64,000 nt of DNA, from contig CAVPSB010000012.1 in the NCBI GenBank assembly GCA_963708025.1, positions 96,001 through 160,000 of the forward strand, read 5' to 3'. The notes beneath the pieces are model-generated. The model saw only the letters and a program-made list of their open reading frames with translations, did not search any database and was not told the DNA's origin. The stretch's first letter is position 1; each line of letters begins with the position of its first letter. A program made the translations under genes and the position numbers. The DNA is from an uncultured Candidatus Rokubacteria bacterium. Lineage in GTDB: Bacteria > Methylomirabilota > Methylomirabilia > Rokubacteriales > DASRDR01. Positions 55,730-64,000 of the stretch are shown piece by piece.

Positions 55730-56620
55730 GTGGACTCGGAGGTTCCCGTGTGGGTCTTCACGGACCGGGAGGTGAGCCGCCTCCTGGCCCTGACGCCGCG
55801 CCGGGCCGGCCAGCTCCGGCGGCTCGGTCTCCTGCACCCGGTGGATCGGCCCGGCTCGTACAGCTTCCGCGAGGTGGTCAGCCTCCGGGTGGCCCGAACG
55901 CTTCTCGAGCAAGGGCTCACGGTGCGCCAGGTCGCCAAGGCCCTGGCCGCCCTCAAGCGGCTTCTTCCCGAGTCCGAAGCGCCCCTCGCCGAGCTGCGGG
56001 TCGCCGTCCGCGGCGGGGAGGTGTTCATCGAGAAGGACTCGCAGCTCCTGGAGCCCTCGGGACAGGTCGTGATGGAGTTCTCGGGCAAGGAGCTGGCGGA
56101 GGAGGTCCGGGACAACGCGCTCCGCGGCCTCGTCCGGCCCATCGCCCGGCCAGAGAACGAGGCCCAGCGCTGGTTCGAGCTGGCCTCCCAGTGGGACGGG
56201 GAACCGGCCGAGTGGGAGCGGGCGATCGACGCCTACCAGCGCGTGACCACGCTCGATCCGCAGCACGGCGCGGCGTGGAACAACCTCGGGCTGCTGCACC
56301 ACCGGCTCGGCCGCTACGAGGACGCCCGCCGCCACTACGAGGTGGCGCTTGCCGCCGACCCGACCTGCGCCGAGGCGGCCTACAACCTAGGCTCGCTGCA
56401 GGACGACCTCGCCGACCTGAGCCAGGCGCTGGTCTGGTACCGGCGGGCCCTCGAGATCCGTCTCGACTACGCCGACGCCCACTTCAACCTGGCCTCGGCC
56501 CTCGAGCGCCGCGGCGACCTGGCGACCGCCCGCCACCACTGGCTCCGCTACGTGGAGCTGGATCCGGACAGCCGCTGGGCGGAGATTGCCAGGGCCCGCG
56601 CCGAGGGCCGCCCCGACTAG
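55730..56620 (+). CDS. MerR-like HTH plus TPR-repeat protein
   Basis: N-terminal V.RLL.LT....LRRLGLL.P....YSF..V.SLR; C-terminal TPRs (AWNNLG, AAYNLG, AHFNLA). Confidence 0.8.
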   Translation: MDSEVPVWVFTDREVSRLLALTPRRAGQLRRLGLLHPVDRPGSYSFREVVSLRVARTLLEQGLTVRQVAKALAALKRLLPESEAPLAELRVAVRGGEVFIEKDSQLLEPSGQVVMEFSGKELAEEVRDNALRGLVRPIARPENEAQRWFELASQWDGEPAEWERAIDAYQRVTTLDPQHGAAWNNLGLLHHRLGRYEDARRHYEVALAADPTCAEAAYNLGSLQDDLADLSQALVWYRRALEIRLDYADAHFNLASALERRGDLATARHHWLRYVELDPDSRWAEIARARAEGRPD

Positions 56621-56621
56621 G

Positions 56622-56789
56622 GGGGCAGGGCCGATGAGCTTCGCATCGCGTCGTCGTTCGGACGGCCTTCGGCCTGCGGGGTCGTCCCCGATCCTCGGCG
56701 TATGCGGCATACGCCTGCGGTCGGGGACTCCCTGCGTCGGTTGGACGGCCTTCGGCCTGTGGGCGCTGCTCGCTCCTCGGCCCTGCCCC
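56622..56789 (+). repeat. Family A full copy with compensatory changes
   Basis: TIR ggggcAgggccga/tcggcccTgcccc; arm gtcCccgat/gtcggGgac. Confidence 0.92.
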
Positions 56790-56816
56790 CGCGCTCTGGT
56801 CCCCTCCGCCAGGATC

Positions 56817-56892
56817 GGGCAGGGCCGATGAGCTTCGCATCGCGTCGTCGATTGGACGGTCTTCGGCCTTGGCGCTCGCTCCTCGGCCCCGC
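56817..56892 (+). repeat. Family A short tandem copy
   Basis: gggcagggccgatgagcttcgcatcgcgtcg..gctcctcggccccgc, central arm absent. Confidence 0.85.
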
Positions 56893-56944
56893 TTCGGAGC
56901 GCGTCACTCCTTCGCCGTGACGTTGGCGTTTCGAGAGACCTAGA

Positions 56945-58231
56945 ATGCGAGTGCTGGTGGTCGGGGGTGGCGGGCGCGAGCACGCGCTCGCCTGGAAGCT
57001 CGCCCGGAGCCCGGAGCTCTCGACGCTGTTCGTGGCGCCGGGCAACCCCGGAATCGCCGCCGTCGCCCGCTGCGTGGCCATCAAGCCGGAGGCGGTCGCG
57101 GACCTCGCTGCCTTCGCCCTCCGCGAGCGGATCGATCTCACCGTCGTGGGCCCCGAGCTGCCGCTCACGCTCGGGCTCGCCGATCACTTCGCCGATCGGG
57201 GCCTGGCCGTCTTCGGCCCCACCCGGGCCGCCGCGGAGCTGGAAGGCTCCAAGGTCTTTGCCAAGCAGCTCTTCGCCCGCTACGGAATTCCGACCGCCCG
57301 CTTCGGCGCGTTCGATGACCCCGCGAGGGCCCGCGAGTTCGCCCGCGGCCTCGGCGGGCGGGTCGTCGTCAAGGCCGACGGCCTGGCCGCCGGGAAGGGC
57401 GCCGTCGTCTGCCGGGACCTGGCGGCCGCGGAGCGGGCGATCGGCGACATGCTGGAGCGCCGCCTCTTCGGTGACGCGGGCGCGCGCGTGGTGGTGGAGG
57501 AGTGGCTGGAAGGGGAGGAGCTGTCCTTCTTTGCCCTGACCGACGGCGAGCAAGTCTGTCCGCTGGCAGCGGCCCAGGACCACAAGACGGTCTTCGACGA
57601 CGACGAGGGGCCGAACACGGGCGGGATGGGCGCCTACTCCCCGGCCCCGGTCGTCGACGACGCCCTCGCCCGGCGGATCGTGCAGACCGTGATCCGGCCC
57701 ACGGTGCGGGCCATGGCGGCGGAAGGCCGCCCCTACCGTGGCGTCCTCTACGCCGGCATCATGCTGACCGCCGACGGGCCACAGCTCCTCGAGTACAACG
57801 TTCGCTTCGGCGATCCCGAGTGCCAGCCCCTCGTGCTCCGGCTCGCCGGGGACCTGCTGCCGCTCTGCCGGGCCGTGGCCGAGGGGAAGGGGCTGCCCGA
57901 GTCCCTTCCCTGGCGCTCGGAGGCGGCCGTCTGCGTGGTGCTGGCCTCGGGCGGCTATCCGGGGACGTACACCACGGGGCACCCGATCGCGGGCGTGGAG
58001 GCGGCCGCCGCCCGCCCCGGCGTGACCGTCTTCCACGCCGGGACGGCGGAGCGCGACGGCCGCCTGGTCACCGCGGGCGGCCGGGTGCTCGGCGTGACCG
58101 CGCTCGGCGCCGACATCCCGGCGGCGATCGCCGCCGCCTACCGGGCCGTCTCCGACATTCACTTCGAAGGGATGCACTATCGACGGGACATCGGACGTCG
58201 AGCGCTGCGCCGACTGGGGAGGGGTGCATGA
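56945..58231 (+). CDS. purD: Phosphoribosylamine--glycine ligase
   Basis: GGGGREHA, KADGLAAGKG, QDHK, GPNTGGMGAY, EYNVRFGDPE. Confidence 0.97.
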   Translation: MRVLVVGGGGREHALAWKLARSPELSTLFVAPGNPGIAAVARCVAIKPEAVADLAAFALRERIDLTVVGPELPLTLGLADHFADRGLAVFGPTRAAAELEGSKVFAKQLFARYGIPTARFGAFDDPARAREFARGLGGRVVVKADGLAAGKGAVVCRDLAAAERAIGDMLERRLFGDAGARVVVEEWLEGEELSFFALTDGEQVCPLAAAQDHKTVFDDDEGPNTGGMGAYSPAPVVDDALARRIVQTVIRPTVRAMAAEGRPYRGVLYAGIMLTADGPQLLEYNVRFGDPECQPLVLRLAGDLLPLCRAVAEGKGLPESLPWRSEAAVCVVLASGGYPGTYTTGHPIAGVEAAAARPGVTVFHAGTAERDGRLVTAGGRVLGVTALGADIPAAIAAAYRAVSDIHFEGMHYRRDIGRRALRRLGRGA

Positions 58232-58749
58232 CCGGGGCACGTGACGCGCGGGTCGGAATCGTGATGGGCAGCGACTCCGACCTCGAGGTACTCCAGGAAG
58301 CGGCGAAGATCCTCGACGCCCTGAGCGTGCCCTACGAGATGACGGTGGCGTCCGCCCACCGGAGCCCGGAGCGCACCCGCCGGTGGGTGCACGACGCGAT
58401 GGCGCGCGGCGTCCGCGTCTTCATCGCGGGGGCGGGCGGCGCCGCCGCGCTGCCCGGGTTCGTGGCCTCCGAGACCACGCTGCCGGTCCTCGGCGTGCCG
58501 ATCCCGTCGGTGCTGAACGGGCTCGACTCACTCCTCTCCATGGTGCAGATGCCCAAGGGGCTCCCGGTGGCGACGCTGGCCATCGGCAAGCCCGGTGCCG
58601 CCAACGCGGGGATCCTCGCCGCCCAGATCCTGGCCCTCGCCGATCCCGACCTGTCCCGGCGGCTGACCGAACACCGCGCCGAGATGGCCCGGGAGGTGGA
58701 GGCCCGCGCCCGGAAGGTCGAGCAGGCGCATGCCCGCCCGGCTCCCTGA
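58228..58749 (+). CDS. purE: PurE (N5-CAIR mutase/AIR carboxylase)
   Basis: IVMGSDSD, SAHRSP, LPVLGVP, SMVQMP.G.PVAT. Confidence 0.95.
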   Translation: MTGARDARVGIVMGSDSDLEVLQEAAKILDALSVPYEMTVASAHRSPERTRRWVHDAMARGVRVFIAGAGGAAALPGFVASETTLPVLGVPIPSVLNGLDSLLSMVQMPKGLPVATLAIGKPGAANAGILAAQILALADPDLSRRLTEHRAEMAREVEARARKVEQAHARPAP

Positions 58750-59395
58750 CGGGCCGGCCCGTAACGCCCGCGTCCGGGTGGTGGACGCCGAGCGCCCGGC
58801 GACCGCGGACATCATCGCGGCGGCCGACTGCCTCCGCGCCGGCGGGCTGGTCGCCTTCCCGACGGAGACGTTCTACGGCCTCGGGGCCGACGCCCTCGAC
58901 CCGGCCGCGGTGGCCCGGGTGTTCCACGCCAAGGGCCGGCCGGCCGACAAGCCGCTGCTCGTCCTGGTGGACTCGCCGGCGATGGCCGGCGAGGTGACCG
59001 TGGACATCCCCGAGCGGGCGCGTCGGCTGATGGCGCGCTACTGGCCGGGGCCGCTGACGCTGATCCTCAACGCCCGGCCCCACCTCCCGCCGGCGCTGAC
59101 CGCCGGCACCGGCACGATCGGCGTGCGCGTTCCGGGCCATCCCGTCGCCCGGGCGCTCGTGCGCGCGGCCGGCCGGCCGGTCACCGCGCCGAGCGCGAAC
59201 CCGCACGGCGCCCCGAGTCCGCGCACGGCGCCCGAGGTCCTCGCCGGTCTCGGGGACGCCGTGGACCTCGTCCTCGACGCCGGCCCGACACCGGGCGGGC
59301 TACCCTCGACGCTGGTCAACCTGACCGGGGCCGATCCCCGGGTGATCCGCCCGGGCGCGGTGCGCCTGGGACCGGATGACTTGAGCGACGAATGA
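58730..59395 (+). CDS. tsaC: Threonylcarbamoyl-AMP synthase (YrdC/TsaC, no Sua5 domain)
   Basis: AFPTETFYGLGA, KGRP, WPGPLT, SAN, PST. Confidence 0.9.
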   Translation: MPARLPDGPARNARVRVVDAERPATADIIAAADCLRAGGLVAFPTETFYGLGADALDPAAVARVFHAKGRPADKPLLVLVDSPAMAGEVTVDIPERARRLMARYWPGPLTLILNARPHLPPALTAGTGTIGVRVPGHPVARALVRAAGRPVTAPSANPHGAPSPRTAPEVLAGLGDAVDLVLDAGPTPGGLPSTLVNLTGADPRVIRPGAVRLGPDDLSDE

Positions 59396-59399
59396 CCCG

Positions 59400-59408
59400 T
59401 GTTATGAT
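59400..59408 (+). promoter_or_regulatory. Extended -10 promoter just upstream of mobA (near-leaderless)
   Basis: TGtTATGAT ending 12 nt before the ATG; no SD. Confidence 0.5.
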
Positions 59409-59420
59409 TCTTGTGACTCG

Positions 59421-60047
59421 ATGCCTCATGTCAGCGGCGTCATCCTGGCCGGCGGCCAGAGCCGGCGGATGGGTGGATCCCCGAAAGCGCTGATCCCGTT
59501 CGATGGCCGACCGCTCGTGTCGCACATCGTGGAGAAGGTGACCGCGGTCCTGCCTGACTGTCTCGTCGTCACCAACTCGCCGGAGCTGTACGCCTTCCTC
59601 GGCCTTCCCATGATCGGCGACGCCTTCCCGGAGGGAGGCTCGCTCGGCGGGATCTACTCGGGCCTGGCCGCCGTGCCGGGGGACGCCGCGCTCTGCCTCG
59701 CCTGCGACATGCCCTTCGTCTCCGCCGGTCTCCTCGGCCACCTGGCCGAGCGGGCGGGGGAGGCCGACGTCGTGATCCCCGACGCGGCCGGCGAATTGCA
59801 GCCGCTCCACGCCGTATACGGCAAGCGCTGCCTCCCGGTCATGGAGCGGCGGCTCCGGGCCGGCCGGCTCAAGATCACCGGGTTCTTCGAGGAGGTGCGC
59901 ATCCTGCGAATCCCGGACGCGGAGGTCTCTCGGTTCGACGCACCCGAGCTGGCCTTCATGAACCTCAACACGCCCGAGGACGTGGCGCGGGCCCGCCAGA
60001 CCTGGGCCGAGCGGGCGGCGAGCCGGGGAGGCGGGCGGGGCTGCTAG
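59421..60047 (+). CDS. mobA: Molybdenum cofactor guanylyltransferase
   Basis: ILAGGQSRRMG, LGGI, ACDMPF, PLHAVY, NLNTPED. Confidence 0.92.
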   Translation: MPHVSGVILAGGQSRRMGGSPKALIPFDGRPLVSHIVEKVTAVLPDCLVVTNSPELYAFLGLPMIGDAFPEGGSLGGIYSGLAAVPGDAALCLACDMPFVSAGLLGHLAERAGEADVVIPDAAGELQPLHAVYGKRCLPVMERRLRAGRLKITGFFEEVRILRIPDAEVSRFDAPELAFMNLNTPEDVARARQTWAERAASRGGGRGC

Positions 60048-60093
60048 AGCTATGAAGTACCGACCCGGGACACTCGAGTGACGAGACACCCGG

Positions 60094-60202
60094 AGGGGGG
60101 GACCGGGGCGTCCGGAGGGACGCGGCGCACCGAGGGCCGCAGGCGGGTGCCCGCTTGCGGGTGGGCGCCGCGGCGAGCCGGAGGAGCGCGTAGCTCCCCC
60201 CC
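60094..60202. repeat. Palindromic element (family D), intergenic copy
   Basis: A-G7-ACC ... CT-C7 ends and ggccgcaggc core shared with the purF element; cgcggcgc/gcgccgcg stem. Confidence 0.55.
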
Positions 60203-60263
60203 GGCCCGACTGATTCCGGGCGCATCTGGGCCGGCGCGCCGCGGGCGTCGTCGGTAGCCCAAC

Positions 60264-61085
60264 GTGGACGCACGGGTCGCCGGGCTCGAGGTCGGCTCGA
60301 TCGAGGAGCTGAATGGCCTGCCGGCCGAGGTGCGCGAAGGGCTCTACAGCCGGCTCGTCCCGCCCGAGCTGCTGACCCGACTCGGAGCCGATCCGCGCAG
60401 CGGGCGAAACGCGGCCGGCGACGGGCTGGTCCGGGTGGTTGCCGCCGCCGGCCAGCCGTGGACCCGGGTCGAGGTCCGCGCCTCTCGCGACGATCGGGAC
60501 GCGGTGCTGCTGGTGGACGTCGAGATGAGCCCCTTCGGGGTGCCGGAGCTGTCCTTCGTGCAGATCACCGATCCGACCGCCGAGCGGTTCGGGATCGACC
60601 GGGACGAGGAGGGTCAGGACACGCTCTTCGGCACGGCGACCCGCAATCGAGAGGAGGAGCGGCGCGCGCTCGAAGCCGGGCTGGCGCCCGGTCAGGTCCG
60701 CCGTGGCCTCAAGATGCTGGGCGGCGTGATGGCGGCGATGGAGGACTTCTGCCGGCTCCTCGGAAAGGAGCTGTTCCTGGTCGAGCCGCTCTTCTACCAC
60801 TCGGCGCTCCTCTACGAGCGTCACGGCTGCGCGTACCTCTTCGGGGAGGACCTCATGGCGCGGATCCACGACGAGTTCCAGCCCGGCGGTCGACTGCATG
60901 CCGCGCTGGAAGCCGGGGAGCCGTTTCGCCAGCCGGGCTTCGACCGGACGGCACGCAAGCGGAGCTGGGCGATCCACGACGGGATCCTGAGCGTGCTCGG
61001 CGACGCGCCGTGGGGCGGCGTGAAGATGTACCGCCAGCTCGGCCGGCCGGCTGGCCTGTCCTCCTTCCCCGACGGAGCCTACTGA
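60264..61085 (+). CDS. Conserved-looking hypothetical protein, possible divergent GNAT fold
   Basis: Genome-typical codon usage; LAPGQVRRGLK and YHSALLYERHG resemble GNAT motifs A and B. Confidence 0.65.
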   Translation: MDARVAGLEVGSIEELNGLPAEVREGLYSRLVPPELLTRLGADPRSGRNAAGDGLVRVVAAAGQPWTRVEVRASRDDRDAVLLVDVEMSPFGVPELSFVQITDPTAERFGIDRDEEGQDTLFGTATRNREEERRALEAGLAPGQVRRGLKMLGGVMAAMEDFCRLLGKELFLVEPLFYHSALLYERHGCAYLFGEDLMARIHDEFQPGGRLHAALEAGEPFRQPGFDRTARKRSWAIHDGILSVLGDAPWGGVKMYRQLGRPAGLSSFPDGAY

Positions 61086-62713
61086 TGGAGCTCGCCGAGG
61101 CACGCTCGCTCGTCGACATCCTCACGATCCGGGCCCGCCAGGCGCCGTCGGGCGTGTTCTTCGAGCTGTTCGACGAGCCGATGACCTACGGCGCCCTGTG
61201 GGACATGGCCCGCCGCTACGGCGCCGGCCTGGCCGCGGCCGGCATCGCGCGCGGCGACCGGGTCGTCATTCTGCTCCCAACGTGCAAGGAGTTCTTCGCG
61301 ACCTTCTTCGGGGTGATGGCCGTGGGCGCGATTCCGGTGCCGCTCTACCCGACGTTCGGCCCCGACGAGCTGGCGAGCATCTTCGCTCACGCCGAGCCGC
61401 GGGCGGCGGTCACGATCTCGTGGTTCGAGGCCACGATCCGCAAGGCCCAGGAGCACGCCCCCTCGCTCGGCCGGATCCTCGAGCCCGACGAGCTCGATCA
61501 CCCGGCCGCCGAGCCGGTCTGGCCCGCGCTCGGCGGCGAGGAGACGGCCTTCCTCCAGTACACCTCGGGCTCGACCGGCCAGCCGAAGGGCGTGGACCTG
61601 CCCCACCGGAGTCTCCTGGCCAACATCCGGGCCTTCGTCGAGGCGGTCCAGGCGAAGCCGGGGGAGCCGGTGGTGAGCTGGCTCCCCCTCTACCACGACA
61701 TGGGGCTCATCGGCCTCGGCCTCGGCACCCTCTATGCCGGCTGCCACCTGCACCTGCTCCCGCCCGACCTGCGGAACCCGCGCCAGTGGCTCGAGCTGGT
61801 GACCCGGACACGCGCCACCATCACCGCCTCGCCGGACTTCGGCTATCGGAACTGCCTCCGGAACATCCACGACGTGGGGGGCCTCGACCTGTCCTCCCTT
61901 CGCGTGGCCTTCACCGGGGCCGAGCCGATCCGGCCGGACACCGTGCGAGAGTTCGAGGCGCGGTTCGGGATCGAGAACGTCATGCTGCCCGCCTACGGCC
62001 TGGCGGAGGCGACCCTGGCGGTGGCCCTCGGCGACCTCGGCGCCCCGATCCGGGGCGATCGCTCGGGTCGCTTCGTGGGCGTCGGGCGGCCGATTCCGGG
62101 GGTCGAGGTCGGGATCTGGGAGGAGCGGGACGGCCAGGGGCCCGGCCGCCGGCTGCCGCCGGGGGAGGTCGGTGAGATCGTCGTCCGGACCCCGGCCGCG
62201 ATGCGCGGCTACTATCGCGATCCGGCGGCGACGGCGCACGCCTTCCGGTCGGGGTGGCTCCACACCGGCGACCTCGGCTACCGCGACCCGGACGGCTACC
62301 TCTTCGTGGTCGGGCGACAGAAGGACGTGATCATCGTTCGGGGCGAGAACCTGATGCCGCTCGACGTCGAGAAGGTGGTGGACGCCGTGCCCGGGGTCCG
62401 CTACTCGGCGGCGGTGGGGATCATCTCCGAGCGCCTGGGCACCCAGCGCCTGGTGGTGGTGGCCGAGATGCGCCGCCCGGACGCCGATCCCGCGGAGGCC
62501 TCCGGCCTCGTCCGCCGGATCGTCACGGCGGTGCACCGGATCCGCGGCTTCCGTCCCTCCCGCGTGCTCCTCGTGCGGCCCGGCACCATCCCCAAGACGA
62601 CGAGCGGCAAGATCCAGCACGCGCGCCTGGGCGAGCTGGTCGCCGACGCCCAGCTGGGGGACGCGCTCGTGTACCCGCTGCGGGGCTCCGAGCGGGCCGG
62701 CGCCGATGCCTAG
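61085..62713 (+). CDS. Fatty acyl-AMP ligase/AMP-binding enzyme
   Basis: FLQYTSGSTGQPKG, SWLPLYHDMGL, AYGLAEATL, LHTGDLG, GRQKD, PKTTSGK; TGATG coupling to upstream ORF. Confidence 0.9.
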   Translation: MELAEARSLVDILTIRARQAPSGVFFELFDEPMTYGALWDMARRYGAGLAAAGIARGDRVVILLPTCKEFFATFFGVMAVGAIPVPLYPTFGPDELASIFAHAEPRAAVTISWFEATIRKAQEHAPSLGRILEPDELDHPAAEPVWPALGGEETAFLQYTSGSTGQPKGVDLPHRSLLANIRAFVEAVQAKPGEPVVSWLPLYHDMGLIGLGLGTLYAGCHLHLLPPDLRNPRQWLELVTRTRATITASPDFGYRNCLRNIHDVGGLDLSSLRVAFTGAEPIRPDTVREFEARFGIENVMLPAYGLAEATLAVALGDLGAPIRGDRSGRFVGVGRPIPGVEVGIWEERDGQGPGRRLPPGEVGEIVVRTPAAMRGYYRDPAATAHAFRSGWLHTGDLGYRDPDGYLFVVGRQKDVIIVRGENLMPLDVEKVVDAVPGVRYSAAVGIISERLGTQRLVVVAEMRRPDADPAEASGLVRRIVTAVHRIRGFRPSRVLLVRPGTIPKTTSGKIQHARLGELVADAQLGDALVYPLRGSERAGADA

Positions 62714-62855
62714 GCGACGGGGCGGCAAGCCGGCGGCCTCCAAGCCCCGGAAGCCGATGCCGCGGAAGCCTCCGAAGGTCCAGGTGCCGGAAACGGTGTA
62801 TCGGCGACGAGCGAAGCACCGGAAGCCCCCGGGTCTCGCCGAGTCCGCCCAGTAG
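62706..62855 (+). CDS. Putative 49-aa basic small protein
   Basis: ATG overlaps the ligase stop; MPRRRGGKPAASKPRKPMPRKPPKVQVPETVYRRRAKHRKPPGLAESAQ*. Confidence 0.5.
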   Translation: MPRRRGGKPAASKPRKPMPRKPPKVQVPETVYRRRAKHRKPPGLAESAQ

Positions 62856-62922
62856 ACGGTCGCCCACCCGACTCTCGGCCGCCCGGCTCGAAATATTCGG
62901 GGCGGGGGTTCCCGGCCTCCCC

Positions 62923-62931
62923 TGGTAGACT
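62923..62931 (+). promoter_or_regulatory. Extended -10 promoter of thiI (near-leaderless)
   Basis: TGgTAGACT ending 10 nt before ATG 62942. Confidence 0.5.
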
Positions 62932-62941
62932 GAACGCTCTG

Positions 62942-64000
62942 ATGAAGCCGGCACTCGTCGTTCACTATCACGAGATCAGCCTCAAGGGAGGCAACCGTCC
63001 ACTCTTCCTGCGGCGGCTCGCCGAGAACCTTCACCGGGCGACGGCGGGCCGGGGCGTGCGGGCGATCCGCCGCCTGCCCGGCCGGGTGGTCCTGGATCTG
63101 GAGCCCGGGGCCGACGTGGCGTTCCTGCAGGAGCGCGTGGCGACCGTCTTCGGGGTGGCGAACTTCGCCCCCGGGCTCGCCGTCCCGGCCGAGCTGGAGG
63201 CGGTGAAGGAGGCGATGCTCGCCCTCCTGGCCGGCCGCAGCTTCGAGACGTTCCGGATCACGGCGCGCCGCACGTTCAAGGTGTTTCCGATGACCTCCGA
63301 GGAGGTCAACCGGGAGCTCGGGGCGCTCGTCCTGAAGCACTTCTCCACGCGCGTGAACCTGAGCCGACCGGCGCTCACCGTCTACGTCGAGCTGCTGCCG
63401 CGCGAGGGGCTGCTGTACGTCGATCGCCTGGCCGGTCCCGGCGGCCTCCCGGTGGGGGTCTCCGGCCGCGTCGTGAGCCTGCTCTCGGGCGGGATCGACT
63501 CGCCGGTGGCCGCCCGCCGGCTCCAGAAGCGCGGCTGCCAGGTGGAGTTCGTCCACTTCCACTCGGCACCGTACCTGTCGACCACCTCGCAGGCCAAGGC
63601 CCGGGCCCTCGTCGAGCGGCTGGTCCGCCACCAGTTCGGCGCCCGGCTCTGGCTGGTCCCCTTCGGCGACATCCAGCGGGAGGTCCTGCTGGCGGTGCCG
63701 CCACCGCTGCGAGTGATCGTCTACCGCCGGTTGATGGCGCGGATCGCCGAGGGCCTGGCCCGCCGGGTGGGCGCCCTCGCCCTGGTCACCGGGGAGAGCC
63801 TGGGGCAGGTGGCCTCGCAGACGCTCGAGAACCTCGCGCGCTCGACCGAGGTGGTGACGATGCCGATCCTCCGCCCCCTGATCGGAAGCGACAAGGAGGA
63901 GATCATCCGGGAGGCGAAGGCAATCGGCACCTACGAGATCTCGATCGAGCCCGATCAGGACTGCTGCACGCTCTTCGTGCCCAAGCACCCGGAGACCCAC
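62942..64000 (+). CDS. thiI: tRNA 4-thiouridine synthase (3' partial)
   Basis: Manual translation: HYHEISLKGGNR, GPGGLPVG, LLSGGIDSPVA, TGESLGQVASQT, PDQDCC. Confidence 0.93.
   Translation, partial: MKPALVVHYHEISLKGGNRPLFLRRLAENLHRATAGRGVRAIRRLPGRVVLDLEPGADVAFLQERVATVFGVANFAPGLAVPAELEAVKEAMLALLAGRSFETFRITARRTFKVFPMTSEEVNRELGALVLKHFSTRVNLSRPALTVYVELLPREGLLYVDRLAGPGGLPVGVSGRVVSLLSGGIDSPVAARRLQKRGCQVEFVHFHSAPYLSTTSQAKARALVERLVRHQFGARLWLVPFGDIQREVLLAVPPPLRVIVYRRLMARIAEGLARRVGALALVTGESLGQVASQTLENLARSTEVVTMPILRPLIGSDKEEIIREAKAIGTYEISIEPDQDCCTLFVPKHPETH

Overview
High-GC (roughly 70% by eye) bacterial chromosomal window in which every supportable gene is on the + strand. The gene content and order suggest a Methylomirabilota/Rokubacteria-like organism (inference only). 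1-17.5 kb is an accessory catabolic region: hydantoinase B, PaaK-like CoA ligase, VOC protein, PrpD, ADP-forming acyl-CoA ligase, a NitT/TauT ABC transporter split by a VapBC module, a nitrilase-fold protein lacking the catalytic Cys, malic enzyme, aminotransferase, a Pal remnant, M48 peptidase and nth. 17.7-45 kb is core translation/MEP genes (rplM-rpsI-argC-argJ-rpsB-tsf-pyrH-frr-uppS-cdsA-dxr-rseP-ispG-fdx-proS-rimP-nusA-ylxR-infB-rbfA-truB-ribF-rpsO-pnp). 45-59 kb is a pur cluster interrupted by a Ku/HTH-TPR islet, followed by tsaC, mobA, a GNAT-like hypothetical, a fatty acyl-AMP ligase and thiI. The most striking unexplained signal is a family of dispersed, highly structured palindromic elements (about 80-310 bp) with compensatory base changes between copies and repeated c-GNA-g triloop hairpins. 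A related element appears inserted in frame in the PurF propeptide, and a 20-bp-TIR MITE appears to supply the cdsA start codon. At least four single-base frameshifts look like assembly errors. No rRNA, tRNA, CRISPR array or transposase gene was seen.
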